A stretch of 64,000 nucleotides of DNA, from assembly GCA_977017645.1 (NCBI GenBank), contig OZ360239.1, positions 7,688,001-7,752,000 of the forward strand, given 5' to 3'. The position numbers were made by a program, and so were the translations under genes. Below, piece by piece: positions 24,561-36,815 of this stretch; within the stretch, counting starts at the first letter, position 1, and each line of letters starts with the position of its first letter. The notes below the pieces were generated by a model, which worked only from the letters and a program-made list of their open reading frames with translations, did no database searches and had not been told where the DNA came from. The DNA comes from Torpedo marmorata. Taxonomy: Eukaryota.

Positions 24561-25339
24561 GTGAGTGAGAGAGACGGAGCTGGTGGGACGTTCACCATCA
24601 CAGTCATTGTACCACGGGTAATTATAAGTACACGGTAACTATATCTTGGGACCTGCCTTTAACAAAGCAGGAAGGCTCAGTTGTCCATTCAGCAACACCT
24701 GCCCCAGCTCAGAAGGCCGGGGATGAAGGGGAGCAGGTCGACTCCAATTTCACACGAACGAATTGACACATGCCAAGGTCAGGGTGAGCTGAAATGTTAA
24801 GTATTTGGGGCCACAGCTGTCCAGAGGCCGAGCTGTATTCAAGTGTCAGCTAGTGCGGCCGGGGGGGTTAAACATGTGTCCGAACTTCCAGGGATGTTGC
24901 TGCTGGTGAGAAGTTATTCCGGCCTCAGGGGAAAACATTAACTCCGAAATGAAGTGAAACTTAATTTTGGATGAATTTGGACTGCCACCGTAACTTGTTT
25001 CACACAAAAGCGTTACTACTTTGTGGTTCGTTCCAACCAAGACACGCGCGGTTGTTGTTAGTGCAACAACTTTCCCGTTTAAATCCATATTGAACTACAA
25101 CCCGGCGTCGGCAGACTTTCGTGTTTAACGTGGCTGTTAACAACTGTTGTCAAATCATAACAAAAAAATCTGTGTGGAATTGTATGCGTTAGGCTCTTCA
25201 CCGCTGTGTATTCTATACATTGAATAGATCAATGAGATCGCTGTTTCGTCGGCATGTACTTGTGCAATCAGATGACAATAAACTTGGCTTGATTTAGTCG
25301 CCCACCCGTTTCCTTGCTCATCAACCTTGATTACAACAT

Positions 25340-25792
25340 CCTTCAGCTGCTCCCGTCGGGGAAGAGATACAGGAGTATCAGAGCCAGCACCACCAGGCTG
25401 AGGAACAGCTTCTTCCCACAGGCAGTGAGAATGCTGAACGACCAAAGGAACTGCTCACACTAACCATCCGAGACTCTCNNNNNNNNNNNNNNNNNNNNNN
25501 NNNNNNNNNNNNNNNNNNNNNNNNNNNNNNNNNNNNNNNNNNNNNNNNNNNNNNNNNNNNNNNNNNNNNNNNNNNNNNNNNNNNNNNNNNNNNNNNNNNN
25601 NNNNNNNNNNNNNNNNNNNNNNNNNNNNNNNNNNNNNNNNNNNNNNNNNNNNNNNTCCTGCATATGTATTGTTTGTCTGTATATGTGTTATGTCTGGTTG
25701 TGTGTCTGCGTGTTTTGCACCGAGGACCTGAGAATGTTGTTTCGTCGGGTTGTACTTGTACAATCAGATAACAATAAACTTGACTTGACTTT
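25340..25792 (+). mobile_element. Rex1/Babar-like LINE 3' end
   Basis: QLLPSGKRYRSIRASTTRLRNSFFPQAVRMLN; CTTGACTTGACT tail; the N run falls where other copies have an AT microsatellite. Confidence 0.85.
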
Positions 25793-26609
25793 AGATGTCC
25801 TGGAGGCATTGACTTCCTATATGTATATTGTTTGCCCTTCCTCCATCTGTAGCTTGCACTCATCCAACTATCTACTCGTGTGCCCGTCCACCTATGATCG
25901 TACGGTTAACAAGTTTCTGCCGTGATCTGCGCATCAAACACCGAAGGTTTCTTCGGTTGATTGACGTTCCTCGGTGTTCCTCAATCTGACTCCATTGCTC
26001 CAGCGAATACGTCAACTACTGAGCACGGCTGAGTCTCCCGATCCAATTATTTATTTCCCAACTCCCGACTCTCTGGAGTTTCCAACTTGCCCAGATCATT
26101 GTGTCCCATCGCGTTTTAGGGTCACGGATTTGGCCCCTCCAACCTGTTCCGCCTTTCATTTAGATCATTATTATCGTTAGAATTCCCCCAGTTTCCTTCA
26201 TGCCCCACCCACCTCCTTCCTTCGGCAGCACTCCCACCCCCTCATCACCCCTGCTTCCATCCGCCTTGTTTTCACTCCCCATCTCCATTACTTTCCTGCC
26301 TCTGTCTCCCAACTCCATCCTTCCTGCTCCCCTACTGCATCCTGGAGGTCGTGGACTTCAGGCTTCTGCGCCATCTGCCCGAAGACAGCAACGAGAAGAG
26401 ATGGTAACCTGGCTGACGGAGATCCTTCAGGACGCTGGCTGCGCTCTTGAAGCACTGCCTTACATCAATGGGACTGGAGGTAGGTGCCGATGATGGACAG
26501 AACTAGGATTTGCCGCTGCCTAGAGGAACTGGATAAGAACTTCAGGGGAATAATTTGAGACTTGGGAATGGGACTGGAAAGATTGATTTACTTGTAGCCG
26601 TCAGGAAAG

Positions 26610-26930
26610 AGGTACAGGTGCCAAAAGACTCGACCCACCAGGTTCAGGGACAGTCTACCCCTCCACATCAGAGTCCTGAACAACAAACTCAATCAGAAAC
26701 TCATTTAAGGACTCTTACTTTTCACATTATTTATTATTGAATATTTATTTCTGTATTGTACAGTCAATTTGTTTACATTTCTTTCTTTACTTTTCTCTCT
26801 TTGTATACCTATCTTTACTTGAGCACAGTTTTTTTTTGCACTACCGATAAGTGGAGATTCTGCCTGGCCCGCAGGAAAAACAATTTCAGGGGTGATGTCA
26901 TATATGACCTCTGACAATAAATCTGAACGT
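26610..26930 (+). mobile_element. Rex1/Babar-like LINE 3' end (second subfamily)
   Basis: Reverse complement of 35780-36130 (CACCAGGTTCAGG..CAACAAACTCAATCAG..GCACTACCGATAA..AATAAATCTGAA). Confidence 0.8.
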
Positions 26931-27043
26931 TGACATTTCAAATGACTCAGATAGTCTGTTGTAACCTAATAATTCCATCTCCGTGTTCCTGCCGTATTCC
27001 GTGTCTCCACACATTTTTGGTTCTAGTTCTGGGCTCACGTTAA

Positions 27044-27192
27044 CCCTTTGGATTCCGGCCAATTTTTAACCTTTCATAACATAGACACCGGACTGGGTCC
27101 ATGGGTAAACTACAGTACGAACACCAGTACGAACCAGCTGGTGGTTGGGTATAAAACCAGTCCCGGAAAACTGGGACACGGGGCCCAAAGGG
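27044..27192. mobile_element. piggyBac-like MITE (TTAA TSD)
   Basis: TTAA(27040-43)-CCCTTTGG ... CCAAAGGG-TTAA(27193-96). Confidence 0.8.
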
Positions 27193-27589
27193 TTAAACCC
27201 CAAATTTTGCCACCACCCCATCAATACTTCCCGACCCTCTTTAAACTTTTCCCCTATAATTTAAAACTCTTAATCATACAGCAGGGAAACAGACCCAACT
27301 CCGCCGCGCCAACTAAGTTGCTTGATGAAGGGCTCTGCCCGCCTCGCTGCCCATTCTTTTTCTCCCACAGATGCTGCTCGGCCCGCTGAGTTTCGCAGTG
27401 TATTTATCTTTGCGCCAAGTTCTAGCATCTGCAGTCTCTGGTGTCTGCAAGTTTGCTTCGCTGCATTATTCCCATGTTCCTGTGTTTGGTCCTCGTCGCT
27501 CTCAAACTTTCCTGCTCATTACTTTTATCAGAGCTTTATCTAAAATGAAAAATGCACTGCTCTTAAAAGAAGTTTTATAAACAGATCGG

Positions 27590-27810
27590 TGTGTTGGACT
27601 TGGTGGTATCATCTTTCCGATGGGATGTTAAACCGAGGCCGAGTCTGCTCTCCCGGACGGCCGTGAAATGATCCAATGGCATTACTACATTTCGACGAGA
27701 GAGAAATTCTGACTTCATGCCATCAGCACCGTCTCCTACACGTCAATTATCTTTCAAACAGAATGACTGAAACAAATAACCTCACAGTGGGGGCTTGTTC
27801 TGTGTGTGTG
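27590..27810 (+). mobile_element. Degraded Deu-domain SINE
   Basis: TCTTTCCGATGGGATGTTAAACCGAGGCC..GATCCAATGGCA resembles the recalled Deu-domain core. Confidence 0.55.
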
Positions 27811-27827
27811 TGTACATTTCTCAGCAC

Positions 27828-28050
27828 TAAAACACACACAACTGCTGGAGGAACTCAGCCGGTCTTGCGACGTCCATGGGGGGTGAAGATTTATAACCAA
27901 CGTTTCGGGCCTGAGTTCCTCTTCAAGGTAAGGCTCAGGCCGGAAACAACGGTTATATTTCTTTACCTCCCGTCGACGCTGCGAAACCTGCTGAGTTCCT
28001 CCAGCATTTTTGTGTTTTTACAACATCTGTAGGCTTTCATGTTTCACTCT
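27828..28050. mobile_element. Penelope-terminus fold-back element
   Basis: Arms TGCTGGAGGAACTCAGC / GCTGAGTTCCTCCAGCA enclose two back-to-back hammerhead-like remnants centred near 27925. Confidence 0.85.
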
Positions 28051-28077
28051 CAGAGCAATGCACCCCGTTTCTTAAAA

Positions 28078-28310
28078 GAATGAGAATGCTGAACAACCAA
28101 AGGAACTGCTCACAGTAACCATCTGAGACTCCCATATTCATGAAACAATATTTATTTGTATATATATGAATACTTGTCCTGCGTATGTGTTGTTAGTCTG
28201 TATGTGTGTTATGTCTGGTTGTGTGTCTGTGTGTTTTGCACCGAGGACCAGAGAACGCTGTTTCGTCGGGTTGTACTTGTACAATCAGATGACAATAAAC
28301 TTGACTTGAT
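28078..28310 (+). mobile_element. Rex1/Babar-like 3' UTR
   Basis: Near-identical to 8657-8900. Confidence 0.85.
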
Positions 28311-28734
28311 ATAAACTCAATGCCCTTCTTTTAATCTTGATGAAGGGTTTCGACCCGAATCGCGAAGCATTCTTTTTCTGCCACTGATGCTTGTTTCACA
28401 CGCTGAGTTAGTTCCTCCAGCAGGTTACGTTTGGCTCCACATACAAGCACCTGCAGTCTCCCGGGTGTCGCCTTCTTTTCATCGTCTTCTTGTTTATTTT
28501 TACAGGATCTCGACGCTGACCAATGCAACACCACGGTGAGATCAGAAGGTTATGCAGAGCTGTATTGCTGTTATTGGGGGAGCTGGTGCCTTGGCGTTTG
28601 AGCATTTAGTTCTGTGCGGCCGCTGTCCAATACTATCTCTTTCACACCAGATTCATCCCAACGAATCAAATGGACCGACACCATGATGCGATGGCTTTCC
28701 CCAATATTAATTAGGACCCGACTATTCTGGTCTT

Positions 28735-28923
28735 ATTTTGGACTCCGTGTCCCTGTTTTCAGGGACTACCAACAAGCGCATATACACCGTGTCCCCATTT
28801 TCCGGGACAGGTTTTATACCCAACCACCAGCTGGTTCGTACTGGTGTTCGTACTATAGTTTACCCATGGACCCAGTCCGGAGTATATATTATGAAAGGTT
28901 AAAAATAGTCGGAGTGCAAAGGG
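28735..28923. mobile_element. Second piggyBac-like MITE copy, inverted relative to 27044-27192
   Basis: 28787-28923 is the reverse complement of the first copy; ends CAAAGGG-TTGA; carries an extra subterminal CCGTGTCCC..TTTTC.GGGAC repeat. Confidence 0.8.
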
Positions 28924-29417
28924 TTGATTTAGATTCTTGTTGATAAAAGCCCCTTACCTTCTTGAATTGCTTGTATAAACTCTTTTTAAAAGCAAAAATA
29001 GACTTTATTCACAATAAATTGAAACTCATTCAAAGTCTTTTCCCACCCTTAGTTTGGTATCCATACATTATCTCTGTACATTGTTACATTCATTTCTATA
29101 CACCATTACCACCACTGTGGCACCTTGTCGCTTCTCCTGAACTCTTGCCAATCAGTTCGGTTGCACCGAGTAAACAGGGGGCGGAAGTATTAATAAAATT
29201 GTAGTATTGTGTCGCGTGTGTGCTTTTTTTAAGTGAGTTGAACATGGAAATATGTTTACAAATATTTGTATACATACCATTTTCAAGGTATTTTAGTATG
29301 CTGATAATAAAAATAATAGCGTTTTTTGAAAGATTAAGTGAAGAACGTAATTCTGTAACACGGATAGAGAAAGAGTGTGTTCAGACGCAAGGTTGCGTGC
29401 GTGACGTAGAACAAGGT

Positions 29418-29695
29418 GGTAGCCAATCTGCGCACAGCAAGGTCCCACAGGCACCAATTTGGTAATGACCTGCTGAACTGGTGTTTGTTGAGGGACTAAC
29501 TTTTTCAGGGCGGTCGTGTTTGAAAGGTCCCAGGGCACCGATTGACGGCCACCCGTGGAGGCAGGGCCTCCGTACATCTCCTCCGTGGAAAGGAAGTCAC
29601 TCCGCAGTGTGGAACCTCCCTCCGTTTGCCATGCGTTTCTGGATTTGGGGCTGAATCCGACCACCTGTTGACTCTAAGGTGAGAACGTTGCTCTG
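29418..29695 (-). mobile_element. Degraded Deu-domain SINE
   Basis: GTAGCCAATCTGCGCACAGCAAGGTCCCACA..TTGTTGAGGGA is the reverse of the recalled DeuSINE 3' region. Confidence 0.55.
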
Positions 29696-30721
29696 AAATT
29701 TTATTTAAATGTATGACATTTAAAAATGCATAGGAAAACGTGTTCATAAAATTAAATCCTATATTAAAATGGTTAGATTTATAATCTATTCTTCTGTCTT
29801 GCATTTGTGTTAATTTAAATTTGTATTATTGCAGTTAGTGTGCCTTGCGTACACGTGTAGTTGCAGAAAGAATTTCGGTGCATTTGTACATTTTATTTGT
29901 GTATCTGACAACAAACTGACGTTGAACATTGACGTGAGATATTTGCAGAAAAGCCTGCTGGATGTTGTGATACTTTAGGAAAGACCGACATCTACAGGTG
30001 ATGGCAGGGACTTCAACGTGAGCTCAAGAGCTGCTGAAATCTAAGTATCTAAATTTACTTTTCATTTTTAACCATTTGGAACCAATTAAGACAAAGGCAA
30101 ATGACATTTAGAATACAGGTACTCGAACGATGAAGACACAGAACTCAAAAATAAGGTTGCTTGGATTGAAGATTTTGAAGCGGTCAGTCGCAGTGAGGTT
30201 TAAGAATGCAGGTTTCGATTTTGTCGAAGAGAACTAGAGTCCCCACCGCCATTTTCGTGAATTAACCCTCCCGCCTCGTTAATGTCTGTGTGAAAACGCC
30301 AAGTTTCCTTTTAAATAAGTCGGGCACATGGTTTACACATACTAGATTCAAATCGAGGGTGTTGGAAACGAGTGAAGATCTGTGTTGGAAACTGCCTTTA
30401 CAGAGGTTACAATTTTTCGTAATTTCTATGGTTGTCAGCATAAATATGCCGCAATCTTTCATTCTTGACTGGGATTATAACAGACCAAAATCATAAAATA
30501 GACGAGGCTGTTGTTCTGGGGAAATATTATGGTTTTAGTTCACGGTTTGGAACAAAATGATTGAGGACAAGGCACGCGGATGTTGGAATCTACTTCACCC
30601 AGCAGTTTGTTTGTTGTAATTGAACAATAGATAAGTCTTGTAAATACTCTGCTCTTTCCCCTCTAAATTCATGATTTAAAAAACATAATTCTATAAATTC
30701 AAATGATAGAAAGAAAGAGAA

Positions 30722-31200
30722 TAACAAAAGCTGCAGATGCCGGAATCTTCCAGGAACTCAGCGGGTCAGATAGCATCCGCGGATAGAAATGGTCTGTTAA
30801 CGTTTCGGGCCGGGTCCCTTTGTCAAGAAGGGTCTGGCGCGGCGCGGGAGGCAGAGATGAACGCGGAGTTAGAGAGGTAGAATCGGACAGTGGATACAGG
30901 CCCAGCGAACGATGAAGAGGGCGCAGACAGAGCGAAGGGGAAGGGCACGGGGGCCGTGGAAGTGCGGGGACACATTGGAACAGATGAGCACTCCAAACAG
31001 GTCAGAGCGACCCAGATCTCATGCGCAGGAATGAAGGGGGTGGCCGGAGAAAGGGCCCGGCCGGCATCATCCTCGGAGAGAAAGGCAAAACCTCCATTTG
31101 CGGGAAACTTGAGCAATGGAGGAACTCCGCGGGTCCGGCCGCATCCGTGGTCAGTCAACGTTGCGGGCCGGAACCCTTTCTTCAGACTGAAATAGGAAGG
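30722..31200 (-). mobile_element. Two same-orientation Penelope termini separated by a purine-rich spacer
   Basis: Hammerhead-like cores at ~30798-30827 and ~31157-31190, both on the minus strand. Confidence 0.7.
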
Positions 31201-31307
31201 GGTGATATCAAGAATATTGGGGGGGGGGGGGGGAGAAAAATACAATGTCAGAGAGATGCCGGTGAAAGATTATAGCCCAGCAGTCACAACAGGTCTCCTC
31301 ATGTAAC

Positions 31308-31451
31308 TCTTTGATGAAGGGCTCAAGCCCGAAACGTCGGTTATGTATTTCTACCTTTGCTACATAAAAGACACTGTTTGACCTGCTGAGTTCTCCAGCT
31401 TTTGTGTTTTTTACTACATTATTACGGTGTCTACAGATTTTCGTGTTTACT
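31308..31451 (+). mobile_element. Penelope-terminus mini-element with hammerhead-like motif and 9-bp TSD
   Basis: TTGATGAAGGGCTCAAGCCCGAAACGTCGGTTATG; TSD TCATGTAAC at 31299-31307 and 31452-31460. Confidence 0.88.
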
Positions 31452-32913
31452 TCATGTAACAGAGCACCCGCTTTGCAAAGCTAATAAAATTGTGTTGTAC
31501 TCACATTAGTTGACATACACTTCTTTATATTTGATTTAAGTTAACACCGGCAGAAATCAGCGTGGGTGCATTGTTGCCTGTGACACACTGGTGAGGTGGA
31601 GACTCTGATACGTAAAAGGATCGGTGTCGGGCCAGGTAGAGCGGGATAGNNNNNNNNNNNNNNNNNNNNNNNNNNNNNNNNNNNNNNNNNNNNNNNNNNN
31701 NNNNNNNNNNNNNNNNNNNNNNNNNNNNNNNNNNNNNNNNNNNNNNNNNNNNNNNNNNNNNNNNNNNNNNNNNNNNNNNNNNNNNNNNNNNNNNNNNNNN
31801 NNNNNNNNNNNNNNNNNNNNNNNNNNNNNNNNNNNNGGGATGGGGAAGGAGGGGGAGGAAGGGGGAAGGGAGGGAGGGAGGGGGAGGAAGGGAGGGAGCG
31901 GAGAGGAACGAGAGAGGGGGAAGGGATAGCGGAGTGAAGGAGGAAGGGATAGGGGAGGAGAGAGAGAAAGAGAATTGGTTGAACCACAGAGTGTGGACGA
32001 GAGAAAATAAATGATTTCTGGCGGTGCAGAAGCAGTGATCCAGCAACAGGCAGATTACAGTATATATCGCAAAGCAACCGCATTGCCCAGAAGTGAAACA
32101 CCGCCCAAACCCTGTGTAACAAAGAAGGGCAGCCGCGGGCGCACTTGGGAGTTAGACCCGGGCTGTGGACACCGCTGACGCTGCGGTCTGACCGAAAGCG
32201 AACAGGCCGTGCGTTTAAACGCTCGGCTTTTCAATATCGGGCGTGGGAAATTGCACCTCCCTGTTTGGAACGACGTTAAACGCATCGAGCAAAATGCTCA
32301 TCGAATCCACTCCCACAAACACGTTGGAGCACCATTGGAATGTGGGGGGGGGGGGTTGAAAGCACTTGAAATGTGCTGATTTTCGTGTCTCTGCTCAGTT
32401 TAAAATTTCAGTCGCTTTGGAAAAATGTGGAGGATGCAGTTTACAGATGTTTCATTGGACGTGGGTGTGTTTGTGGGGGGTCAACATGATTGCCATAGCA
32501 ACTGGTATTTTCCAGCGCTCATACGGCGCTGCTAAGCATTTCCACATAGCAGACACAAACATGACAAAAATCTCATGCTGTCTCCAGGCCGAGAGATCTT
32601 CGCAGGCGGGCTAATGAGGACAGCGTAATCCAATTTGATTGGAAATACTTTGATATTGCAGAGTGAGGAGATCGAAATTTGGGATTGTTACAATAATGAT
32701 TAACCTCGAAGGGATTTGAAAATGTTTTCCGGTCTTTTCAGGAAAGGATAAACGAAAGACGGATTGGGGGAGGGGTGACGCCGCATTAAAATGTATATAT
32801 CCGGGATGTATACTGAGAGCCGACTTCACACAGTGATATGACGTGTATAAAGAAATATAAATAAACAAGAATACATGGACATAGGAATGACCACTGCCAG
32901 GTGCATACAGTTT

Positions 32914-33180
32914 ACACAAAAAATGCTGGAGAAACTCAGCACGTCACGCAGCGTTCTTTATGTAGCAAAGATAAAGATACATAACCTACGTTACGGGCTT
33001 GAGCCCTTCATCAAGGTATGAGCAAATTGCAGGCAGGCGCCTGAATAAAAAGATGCATACACTTGTAGACACGTGTATCAATGTAAAAAACACAATGCTG
33101 GAGAAGCTCAGCGGGTTATACAGTATAGCAAAGATAAAGACACATAACCAACGTTTCGGGCTTGAGGCCTCCATCAAGGT
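32914..33180 (-). mobile_element. Two adjacent Penelope-terminus copies
   Basis: AATGCTGGAGAA(A/G)CTCAGC arms at ~32922 and ~33094, each followed by a mutated hammerhead-like core. Confidence 0.85.
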
Positions 33181-33194
33181 CCGTGTATTAATGT

Positions 33195-33409
33195 GTCGAT
33201 TAGCGTAGCGGTTAGCCCAACGCTGTGACAACGACTCGCAAACCGCCGCTGTCTGTCAGGAGTCTACACGTTCTCCCCGTGACCCGCGTGGGTTTTCCCC
33301 GGATGTTCCGGTTTACTCCCACCCTCCAAAACGTACGGGGTTGGCCGGTGTCATTGGGCAGAACGGGCTGGAAGGGCCTTCTACTTGGCTGTATTTTTCA
33401 ACATTAAAA
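33195..33409 (+). mobile_element. V-SINE (degraded)
   Basis: TAGCGTAGCGGTTAGC head and V-domain GTTCTCCCCGTGACCCGCGTGGGTTTTCCCC. Confidence 0.8.
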
Positions 33410-34019
33410 ATCATATGCACAAATACGGGCATGAATAGACAATATAGAGTCATACATACAATCACATGCACCAGGAAATATCCCGCATGTCTATACAGAG
33501 ATGTAGTCACAGATGATGCTGACACCGGATTAAGTTGTAAAAAGATATCTCCTCCTCCGTCTTTCATTGAGAATCTGTTCTGTTGCTAGTCTAATCTGTT
33601 CGGTCCACGGCCGCCCGCTCGTTGATTTCCAAACGAACAATGATGTTTTTGAAAATGTGCATTGTTTGCTTGTTGGTGTCGGTGCAATGTGCTTTGTTCA
33701 TGATTGCGTGCATCTGCTTATCCGTGTGTGTGCGCGCATGAGACGGGCGAGAAGGGGCGCGCAAGGCTTTGTTCAAACCCAAGAGTGCAGCTCCTGAACA
33801 TGATTTCCTATTCATGGCAGGACCACATGAAGAGAAATTTGGTTTGTGTTTTCCTGGGGGGCGGAGACGTAGAGAGGAGAATGAATATTATTCGTTATTC
33901 ATATCTTATCTCGTTGTGTGTGGTTCAAGACACACTTGTCTCTGTTCAGAGTGTGTCGAACTTTTTCTATTGCCTAATAAGTATCCGTGGTTGTACATTA
34001 TAATTGTTAACGATTTTTA

Positions 34020-34228
34020 ATTTTTTTTAAAATTTAGACATACGGCACTGTAACACCCGACGAGTCTGTGCCGCCCAATTCACACCCCATTAACCTACAC
34101 CCCGGTACCTTTTTGAACGGTGGGAGGAAACCGGAGCCCCCGGGGAAAACCCACGCAGACACGGGGAGAACGTAAAAAATCCTTACAGACAATGTGGGAT
34201 TCGAACCCCGGTCCCGATTGCTGGCGCA
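34020..34228 (-). mobile_element. V-SINE (5'-truncated)
   Basis: Reverse complement of the family, including B box GGTTCGAATCCC. Confidence 0.85.
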
Positions 34229-34259
34229 GTAATGAAACTAAGTGGTGAGTCGTATGAAA

Positions 34260-34730
34260 TGTGAACAGAACGTTCGGCACACGATTTCTGCGCCGAACAT
34301 GATGTCAAATTAAATTAAATCTCATCTGTCTGCGCATGGTTGAAATCCCTCCATTCCCTGTATATTCACGTCGATCGAGAAGCTTCTCAGACGTCACTGT
34401 TGTATCTGCTTCCACCACTAGCTACCCTGGCACCCACCTAACCACTCACTCTGTGTAAAATAAAACCTTGTCCCGCACATTTCTTTAAACTTTCTCTCTT
34501 TCATCTTAAATTTATGACATACAGTATTTGACATTTTCCCCTGGGTTTAAAAAAAACTAGATACTGTGGATACTATCACTGCCTCTCATAATCCTGTAAA
34601 CTTCTATCAGGTCTCCTCTCAGCCACGGTCGCTCCAGAGAAAACAACCCAAGTTTGTCCAACCTCTCCCTAAATCTCATACCCTCGAATCGAGGCAGCAT
34701 TCTGGTAAATCTATTCTGTACCCTTTCCAT
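34260..34730 (-). mobile_element. CR1 3' fragment
   Basis: MERVQNRFTRMLPRFEGMRFRERLDKLGLFSLER..LRGDLIEVYRIMRG at the end of ORF 34557-35075. Confidence 0.88.
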
Positions 34731-35779
34731 TAGTGGATCTTGATTAAGCGTGAACCATAGCTCCTGGTCTCGCGAGGAGCGGGGATCGCTGCTCTCCTGT
34801 GAACTTCTGTGAAATATATTGCCTACGGTAAACAACTTGGTCGGCGTGGACGGGTGGGGACGAATGCTCCATAACCTCAAAGTACTAGAGATGAAACACC
34901 AATGCTGTCTCTCTAAAATCTTCCAAATGCATTTGAAGTGTCCTCTCCCATAACAACTACTTAAGCCCAATAACACTCCAGTTCCATTTAGGATGTAGCT
35001 CAATGGGTCGGCAGAGTAATAGTTGGCACAGACTGGATGGGCCGAAGAGCCTGTTTCTGTGCTGCACTGTACCATAGTTCGATGGTTCCGCGGGCAATCT
35101 CCTTCACTTGCCCGACACCAGACCCCAAAATAGACATTCTACTCCGAGTCCCATCAAAGCTGGGCCGGACAAAGGAAATAACAATGATGATATCAAAAGT
35201 TCGTGATTTAATTGAATCCTTGCCCCAGTGGCTCTCAAAATGGAGGAGAATGCGGGATCGCACTGTCCATCCATCAGGAGGACCAGTACCAACGCAAAAC
35301 ATCTACCCGCTGGCTCTCTCAAGCACTTCCTCCTTCACCCGTCCCTCAACTTGGTCTCACCAACCGCCTCATTATCCACAGAATATCCTCCACCCCGTAG
35401 GGACTTCTTCTGGACCCCCTCAGACACGCTTGATAGAGTGTAGCCAACGATGCAATTTGCTGAGAAATTCTGCGGGGTGTAACGCATTGGAGAGAAGGAC
35501 GGCGACGGCAGGGCGAAGCCACGAAGTTCTCCCGTAGTCACAAACAACCATCCAGCGGCATTTCTTTATATTGGTACAATACTGAAATTGAAATTCCCTG
35601 CTTGATTGGGTGGTTGGAACATTTTAATGTGCCTTAAAACAAGGTGATTGGTTGGTATTTTCTCAAGGGGAGTAAGTGAATGGCAGGAAATGCTACCCTG
35701 CGTCTGAAATTAGTACATCTTTGGGCAAAGCAACATAACACGCTGCCTGTTTGTATTTATCCCAACACTTACGTTTCTT

Positions 35780-36410
35780 AGATTCAGATTTCAGGTTTCA
35801 GATGTATTGTCAGAGTACATACATGACATCACATACAACCCTGAGATTCTTTTTCCTGCAGGTCAGGCAGAATTTCCATTTATCGGTAGTGCAAAAAAAA
35901 ACACAACTGTACTCAAGTAAAGATACGTATACAAAAGAGAGAAAAGTAAAGAAAGAAATGTAAACAAATTGACTGTACAATACAGAAATAAATATTCAAT
36001 AATAAATAATGTCAAAAGTAAGAGTCCTTAAATGAGTCTCTGATTGAGTTTGTTGTTGAGGAGTCTGATGGTGGAGGGGTAGCAACTGTTCCTGAACCTG
36101 GTGGTGCGAGTCTTGTGGCACCTATACCTCTTTCCTGATGGTAGAAGCGAGAACAGAGCGTGTGCTGGGTGGTGTGGGTCTTTGATGATTGCTGCTGCTC
36201 TCCGACAGCAGCGTTCCATGTAGATGTTCTCGATGGTGGGGAGGGTTTTGCCTGTGATGTGTCAACTACCTTTTGCAGGGCTTTATGCTCAGGGGTATTG
36301 GTGTTCCCATACCAGGCCGTGATGCAGCTGGTCAGCACACCTTCCACCACACATCTGTAGAAATTTGCCAGGGTTTCCAATGTCATACCAAACCTCCGCA
36401 AACTCCTGAT
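35780..36410 (-). mobile_element. Rex1/Babar-like LINE 3' portion (DUF1891-type C-terminus)
   Basis: RRFGMTLETLANFYRCVVEGVLTSCITAWYGN...IIKDPHHPAHALFSLLPSGKRYR..RTTRFRNSCYPSTIRLLN across two frames; AATCTG-type tail. Confidence 0.88.
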
Positions 36411-36815
36411 CGTTGTTTTAGATATAATTCTGCATCATGACGCGGTTGACCTTGCTAACTAACGCTTCTCGGGACCCGCGTTTAGTATTGACTTGCAATG
36501 CTGTCTGTATGGAGTTTGGACGTTTTCTCTGGGTTTGGTCCCGTTGCTCAGATTTACCCCTACGACGTGTTGGCTGTTAATTACCCCTAGTGTGGGTGGG
36601 TAGCGGAGAGGTGGGACAAGCTGATGGGGATGGAAGGAAGAACAGGCTAAATGGAAATATGTGGAAAAGGGAACTGTTGAGAATGATGCTGGGAATCCTC
36701 TGGTCAGCATGGACTCGATGGGCCAAATGACCCCATATGATGTTTGAAGGTTGGTGCATTGTCATATACGTAAGTACAGTGCGCATATGCAATGGAAGTC
36801 TCACTTGTTGCAGCT

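Noticed and set aside
23633-24638. Long ORFs containing X runs (also 31525-32122 and 52497-53698)
   Set aside because: Artefacts of N runs and dinucleotide repeats.
31837-31970. Polypurine / G-quadruplex-like tract
   Set aside because: Low-complexity sequence beside a masked repeat, with no functional context.
35037-35537. 166-aa ORF or possible exon
   Set aside because: Starts in a CR1 tail; the interior weakly resembles a decayed RTE-type LINE end; not supportable as a gene.
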